Source of the DNA: Coniocarpon cinnabarinum
Taxonomy: Eukaryota
DNA: 64,000 nt
Assembly (NCBI GenBank): GCA_051942205.1
Contig: JAVECO010000021.1
Location: 62,001-126,000 of the forward strand
Direction of reading: 5' to 3'
The notes beneath the pieces are model-generated. The model saw only the letters and a list, made by a program, of their open reading frames with translations. It searched no databases and was not told the DNA's origin. This document shows, one piece after another, positions 58,345 to 64,000 of the stretch. Position 1 is the stretch's first letter. Every line of letters starts with the position of its first letter. The translations under genes and the position numbers were made by a program.

Positions 58345-58643
58345 ATGGGCAAAGGCGGCGGCGGAACCGTACGTTGAATCCGATCCTACTTTCTTTTTTT
58401 AAAAAAAGAGAACGTGAAGAAATGCTAATCGTTGTGCTTTAGAAACATCATTGTCCCAAGGAATCTAAAGGTAAGTGCCGCACTGGTACATACGTCAACA
58501 AGAACAACAGAGCAGATACGTTTTGCAAGACACATCAAATCCTTTGTCCACAATGCACAAAAAGGATTCCATTTCTTCCGAACCAGCGGTGTCCAGGTTG
58601 CAACAAATTTGCAACCAGGGAAGAACAACTCAGGCGTGGGTAA
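58345..58643 (+). CDS. 74-aa Cys/His-rich putative double zinc-finger microprotein; intron 58369-58442
   Basis: GCCATGG start; GTACGT..GCTAAT..TTAG intron; product MGKGGGGT|KHHCPKESKGKCRTGTYVNKNNRADTFCKTHQILCPQCTKRIPFLPNQRCPGCNKFATREEQLRRG. Confidence 0.6.
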
Positions 58644-58861
58644 GGATGCGTTTCTAGCTCTTCTTCCCTAACGTCATGTGGATTCTTCTCAAGACCCAGA
58701 CGGGGTGGGGTGTGCAGAAAAGGTGACAAACAAATAACCAATGGGGAAAAGTAAGTATCTTTCAGTTGATCGCTTCTTTATTAAATGTTCCTTTGTGAAT
58801 TTTGATTTGATTTGATTTGATTGCATGAAATACCTTTGGAAGTAGAATAGAGGCTGCGCTT

Positions 58862-60970
58862 TCAAAGCTTGCTGCGTGCCACGGAATTCAGTATATTATC
58901 TTTTGCAAAGCGATAATAATATTCCAAGCTTTCCGGATTAAGCAATGTACCGCTCGGTCTTACCGTCTGTCCACTCACGATGTGCTTCACTGGCAGCTCG
59001 ACCTTTTTCAAATTGACAGTTGTTGGTATTTCAGGGGTTTCGAACACAAACCTGGGCACATGCCTCTTAGAACATTCCTCGGCGATTGCATTCTTCACCC
59101 TTCTCACCAGGACGTCGGAGAATGGTACCTGGGGTTGCATCTTAATAAAGAGCATGACTCGCTCGTCATCATCGTGCGGCCTTCTTTGGCCAACAACAAT
59201 GCTGTCGGCAATCTCCTTGGGAAAGACCTTTTCAACAACGTTATAGATTTCTGCGCTGCCGAATCTCACACCAGACGGGTTAAGAACGCCATCAGCTCGA
59301 CCCAGAAACATGATCTGGCCTGTCTTTTGATGCACTTGCACAAAGTCGCCTTGTACCCATACATTATCGTACTTGCCAAAGTAGCTCTCCCAGTATTTAT
59401 GCACGGCTTTTTTGTCGCCAGGGAAGAACATGACAGGCATATTAGGGAAGCTCTTTGTCACGACAATTTCGCCTGGTTCACCAGCATGCACTGATCTTCC
59501 TGGCACACCCGGTCCACCTTCTACGGATGAATCGAAGACGTTCAGAGATAGACCAAGACCCGGGCCTTGACACCCGCCTGCATACACCGGCGTAAGCGGG
59601 TTCTCCATACCAAGTGCAGCAGCAAGGTCAGTTCCACCCGAAATGTTGGCAATCTGCGTATGTGGCTCAAAAGCCTCATCATAGAACCAATGGAAGAGAG
59701 ACTCGGGAAGCACCGTGCCTGTGCTGGTCACTGCTCTCAGTGAAGAGACACCTGCGATCTTTCTGGGTGCAACGTTTGCAGCGACCAGAGTTTGCATCCA
59801 CTTAGGGCTGACACCGAGCTTAGTAACTTTCTGAGATTCGATCAATTTCACGAGGGTGGTGACATCCGGAAGAAAGGGCGATCCGTCATAGAGCACACAG
59901 CGCGCGCCCTGCAGCAACGTGCCAATCGAGGCCAGATACATGATCCAACCCGTTGTTGTATATTGCAGTACCACAGACTCCGGTCCTGTATCGCGATGAA
60001 GGACGCCTTCTTTCGAACTAGAAAGAAGAATGCCTCCTGTACCATGTACAATGCATTTGGGTTGGCCAGTAGTGCCGGACGAATACGCAATGACAAAGGG
60101 ATCAGAAAATTCTACTCGCTCGAAAGTAAGTTGTCGTGACGAAGCTTTCGAGAGAAACGAGGAGAGAGATTGTGCGCGTGATACAAAAGACACATCCAAC
60201 GGTGAGGACCACCTCGGCACGCTGATAATGCCCTGAAACTCTGAAATATCAGACATTCCCTCCGCAATCTCAGACATCTTCGGGCGATGGTCGAAGCGCT
60301 TTCCGTTGTAGAGAGAGGCATCGTCCATGAATAGCCATTTTGGCCTAATCTGCGTGAGCCTGTCAAGTATGCCTCGCGTGCCCATGTCGGTGGAGCTGGA
60401 GCTGAACAGTCCACCTAACGCTGTGATAGCAAGGAACACGCAGAGAGTGTCGACGCTGTTGCTAGCTACAACCGCCGCGCGATCTCCCTTTCTTACTCCA
60501 GTTGCACGCATTGCAGAGGCGAAAGTTGCAGTACGTTCACGAAGCTCGCGCCAGGTCACGTGTCGTAAGTCAGAGATTCCCTCGCGGACCTCAGTGCACG
60601 CAATCTTAGCATCCTCCTTGCCTTTGGTTGTGCATATAGAATTGTTGTGGGGATCTGGACTGTAAAGCAGGTTCTCCGCGTAATTGACACGAAGACCAGA
60701 GAACCACTTTGGGAGCCTATCCATCCTGACGCCAGGCTCAATCACGTGGTGATAAGTGCCCTCATATACAATTGGCAGGTAGTTGAGACAGTCTTCCCAG
60801 AACTCTTCTCGCGTCTCACCGATGCTCCACGAGTGAAGTTCATGGAAATGCCCCATCTTCTTCCCTCTTTTTCTGTTAACATACTGCATGAATTTCCACA
60901 TCTGAGTATTTTGAGGGTCTGAATGCTTCCATAGCATCCTGGGACTTGATGCATTTGTGCTGCTGGCCAT
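58862..60970 (-). CDS. Acetoacetyl-CoA synthetase (AMP-binding), PTS1 -SKL
   Basis: NYAENLL, YSSGTTGQPKCIVH, TTTGWIMY, ISGGTD, GRADGVLNPSGVRFGSAEIY, KKVELPVK; ends RSKL. Confidence 0.93.
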   Translation of the reverse strand: MASSTNASSPRMLWKHSDPQNTQMWKFMQYVNRKRGKKMGHFHELHSWSIGETREEFWEDCLNYLPIVYEGTYHHVIEPGVRMDRLPKWFSGLRVNYAENLLYSPDPHNNSICTTKGKEDAKIACTEVREGISDLRHVTWRELRERTATFASAMRATGVRKGDRAAVVASNSVDTLCVFLAITALGGLFSSSSTDMGTRGILDRLTQIRPKWLFMDDASLYNGKRFDHRPKMSEIAEGMSDISEFQGIISVPRWSSPLDVSFVSRAQSLSSFLSKASSRQLTFERVEFSDPFVIAYSSGTTGQPKCIVHGTGGILLSSSKEGVLHRDTGPESVVLQYTTTGWIMYLASIGTLLQGARCVLYDGSPFLPDVTTLVKLIESQKVTKLGVSPKWMQTLVAANVAPRKIAGVSSLRAVTSTGTVLPESLFHWFYDEAFEPHTQIANISGGTDLAAALGMENPLTPVYAGGCQGPGLGLSLNVFDSSVEGGPGVPGRSVHAGEPGEIVVTKSFPNMPVMFFPGDKKAVHKYWESYFGKYDNVWVQGDFVQVHQKTGQIMFLGRADGVLNPSGVRFGSAEIYNVVEKVFPKEIADSIVVGQRRPHDDDERVMLFIKMQPQVPFSDVLVRRVKNAIAEECSKRHVPRFVFETPEIPTTVNLKKVELPVKHIVSGQTVRPSGTLLNPESLEYYYRFAKDNILNSVARSKL

Positions 60971-61417
60971 GTCAACGATATTCCCGTACTGGTGATGCAG
61001 CGAGAGCAACTGATTTGGCAAGTTGCAAATGACGTCGCAAAGAGCAGATGGTAGGTATGAGAGGGAAGTGCGAGAAGGATGCGCTGGAAGCTAGACCGGA
61101 GATAGAAGGTCTGCACACAAGATTCGGTCTAAGCTTCATCTGGCAAAGCCACCAAAGGTTTGATCTTTTGCAGCCAATCACGGTACGACAATTGAGTGGG
61201 CGAGTCTCCATCCGATGTAGTGAGCCGATGGACATCCGAGGCTTGTCAGTAGCTACGCTGCTGTCTTGGGTGAATATGCTGAACGTGCGATTTCGTGAGA
61301 ACGCAGTGTTTGACGATTCGTACATTCGCAACGCTGCATTTCTTGCAACGTTTATCCCAGTGCAGCCTGAGACCCTGCTGAGTTCGACGCGTAGTCCACA
61401 GCCGATTCCACATATTT

Positions 61418-63428
61418 ATGGCTCTTGGTGAGAACCAAAATCTGATTCATCGCTCCGGATGCCATCATTGCTGACCTTCTATTAGCCACCGCAGGTGCCG
61501 GGCTTCTCGCCGCAGGTGCATACCTCGATGCGAAATACCATGTGAGAAAAGACCTGCGAACACTCAGAGCAATTCGATCCGCAGACAGGGCCGCTCAGAA
61601 AGCAAGTAAGTGCCCCGAGACTCATCACCCTATGCATGCCCAATCGTCGCTAAAGTATCAGTTTGCAGTTAGCAGCAATCGTCTGTCGCCATTTTTCACA
61701 CTCGAAGATTCAGTAGCACAGGTTCCTCCACAACATGAAGCCATTTGGTCTCAAGATGGCTGTTATACGTATCGCGAACTCCTTGCGAACGTTAACCGAT
61801 ACGCGCAATTCTATCTTTCGCTAGGTGTCAGACCGGGGGACGTAATATCCTTTTATCTCATGAACCGTGCCGAGTTTATAATGTGTTTATATGCGTGCTG
61901 GGCTATCGGCTGTTACCCTTCAATGATCAATTACAACTTAGGAGGCGAAGCTTTTTTGCACTGCCTACGTCTAGGCGATTCCAAGGTTTTGTTGGTGGAT
62001 GACGATGTCCACTGTCAAACTCGGGTCAAGGAAGTACTTCCTCAAGTGACAGCAACAGGCAATCAAATCGTATTTTTCGACCAGCGTAAGCGCTCGGAAA
62101 TTGCCGCCTTAGAGCCTCGAAGACCAGAGGATTCCTACAGGAAGAACGCCAAACCAGGAGCGATTTCGTGCCTGATATTTACTTCAGGAACAACAGGGTT
62201 CCCAAAAGCCTGTGCGTTTGAGATGGAACGCTTGCATCGGTCGAATGTTGCACGTGGAGACATCGTGTGGTCATCGCCGTATGGGTTCCAATCAAGATGG
62301 CACAACTGTATGCCAATGTATCATGGGACTGGAGGCATAGCCGCCTGTGGAGTGCTAGCAAGTGGTGCAACGCTCTGCATTGGCCAACGCTTTAGGGTGT
62401 CGACATTCTGGGATGAGATTCGCGCATCTCGAGCTACTGGATTCATTTACGTCGGCGAGATTGCCAGATATCTGCTGGCACAGCCCGAAAGTCCCCGTGA
62501 CAAAGACCATAGTCTTATGATAATTTACGGAAACGGGATGCGACCTGATGTTTGGAAATCTTTTCGTGACCGGTTTGGTATTGACACCGTTGGTGAATTC
62601 TTCTCCAGCACAGAAGGTGTGTTCCATCTCTTGAATCTGTGTCGTGGAGACTTTAGTGCAACAGCTGTGGGACACCATGGCGCCATCCTTAGGTATTTGA
62701 CTCGCAACATGTACACTGCAGCTATGACGGATCCAGACAATTCGAAAGAGCTATCGCGCAACCGGGAGGGTCGGTGCGTCAAGCTACCGTTAGACACTGG
62801 TGGCGAGATTCTTGTTGCTGTAGCAGGGAAGGGCCTTGAAAGTGGTTTTGCCGGTTATATGAAGAACTCAAAGGCAACTGATGATCGATTCGCGACACGT
62901 GTCTTCAGAGATAGTGACCTTTATTACCGGAGCGGAGATGCACTGAGACGGGACGCAGACGGCCGTTGGTTCTTCTTAGATCGATTAGGTGATACCTTTC
63001 GGTGGAAGAGTGAGAACGTTTCCACAGCGGAAGTTAGCGTAGCCATTGGTGAGTTTCCTGGAATACAGGAAGCCAACGTGTATGGCGTCCTGGTCCCCGG
63101 TCACGATGGCAGGGCAGGATGTGCCGCGCTCTTTATTGACGGTGGTCCAAAAAGCGTCGACAACTTTGATTGGGCAGGGCTAGCCAAGCACTCAAGGTCG
63201 AAGCTGCCGCGATATGCTGTGCCACTGTTCATCCGAGTACTGGAGGGAGAGATCCAAGGTACACATAACCATAAGCAAAACAAAGTACCTTTGAGAGCGC
63301 AAGGTATCGATCTTGACAAGGTAAATGGCACAGATCGAATGTTGTGGTTGCCTCCAGACAGTGATCGATATGTTGAGTTCAAAAAGACCGACTGGGGCAG
63401 GCTTGACTCTCGGCAGGCGAGATTGTAA
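61418..63428 (+). CDS. Fatty-acid transport protein / very-long-chain acyl-CoA synthetase (Fat1/CefD1-like), PTS1 -ARL; introns 61428-61485, 61606-61668
   Basis: MAL|ATAGAGLLAAGAYLDAKYHV, IFTSGTTGFPKA, YVGEIARYLL, GNGMRPDVW, DRLGDTFRWKSENVST; ends QARL. Confidence 0.92.
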
Positions 63429-63534
63429 GCCATTTGTCGCATGTGGATGTGGTCGAGTAGCGCGGGTCTTTGCGTTCGTGGGTGGCAGTGCGTTGACCTG
63501 GAGTCCTGGTCATGCTCAAGCCACACTGCAGATA

Positions 63535-64000
63535 TTATAAGAACGCCATCTCACGAACAAGGCCGGCTTGAGTCCAGCCACGCGCAAAATTCCTGCCTGA
63601 GAAGAGCAGCACAGACATCCACCAAACTCTCCCGACCCATGCATCATACCACATGGTCTCTATCCCCTTTTTTGATCTTTGCCATTCAATGTAACGTCGG
63701 ACGCCACCCTCCAACACGACCGCCACGCCGTTTAGGATGAAAAACACTGCTTCGCCCTTGGCGTCTTGCCATCGACCGCCGAGCACGCAGCGAACGGAGA
63801 AGCTGTGTACGAGTGCACTGGAAGCAAAACCGCCGAGGACCTTTCCAAGGTCAGCGGGCTGTTCTGGGGCTTTTCGCAAGACCTTGCGCTCCAACCATTC
63901 ACCTGGCCACACGCCCCACACAAGGAACAGCCGGGCAAAAAGACGGTGCCAGCCGTGAGACCAGAACCCGCGGACAGATGTAATGTCCCACACGCGCGTG
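63535..64000 (-). CDS. MBOAT-family (wax synthase / Tri7-like) O-acyltransferase, 3' part
   Basis: SVRGFWSHGWHRLF..., FASSALVH (catalytic His), FFILNGVAV.LE, VGRVW. Continues beyond the window. Confidence 0.8.
   Translation of the reverse strand, partial: TRVWDITSVRGFWSHGWHRLFARLFLVWGVWPGEWLERKVLRKAPEQPADLGKVLGGFASSALVHSFSVRCVLGGRWQDAKGEAVFFILNGVAVVLEGGVRRYIEWQRSKKGIETMWYDAWVGRVWWMSVLLFSGRNFARGWTQAGLVREMAFL

Noticed and set aside
58801..58823. (TTTGA)n short tandem repeat; also GA tracts at ~11820 and ~46720
   Set aside because: Ordinary microsatellite or pyrimidine-tract UTR features.
1..64000. tRNA, rRNA, CRISPR arrays, intact transposase or reverse-transcriptase ORFs
   Set aside because: None seen. 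GTTCGA-like hits (e.g. ~15647, ~54113) lack cloverleaf context, and the DNA is eukaryotic.

Overview
Eukaryotic, intron-containing fungal genomic DNA (filamentous ascomycete, Pezizomycotina-like): short GT..AG introns with CTRAC/CTAAT branch sites and two AT-rich islands with RIP-like mutation. About 33 protein-coding genes can be supported. Conserved genes: lysophospholipase (partial), F-box protein, NAC-beta EGD1, ferric reductase, multi-TM membrane protein, GST, DUF202, secreted lipase, CaiB/BaiF racemase, SGT1, MRS2, RPS30, FMP46, a large RRM-like protein, BVMO, EthD, HAT2, nitroreductase, MRPL15, MBD4-like glycosylase, APH-like kinase, acetoacetyl-CoA synthetase, FATP/VLCFA-CoA ligase and MBOAT (partial). 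Several signals are invisible in the ORF track. (1) At 15.7-22.6 kb, five highly diverged paralogous small genes share a gapless ~55-aa helix-turn-helix/Myb-like N-terminal domain, an identically placed phase-0 intron and Lys-rich disordered tails; one copy has a GA instead of GT donor. (2) EGD1 appears to have a one-nucleotide exon. (3) A spliced 74-aa microprotein with two putative zinc sites lies at 58.3 kb. (4) A RIP-eroded foldback/MITE-like element lies at 33.2-33.7 kb. (5) HAT2 has an in-frame, protein-like extension after its stop codon. All gene models were read by eye; no database searches were run.
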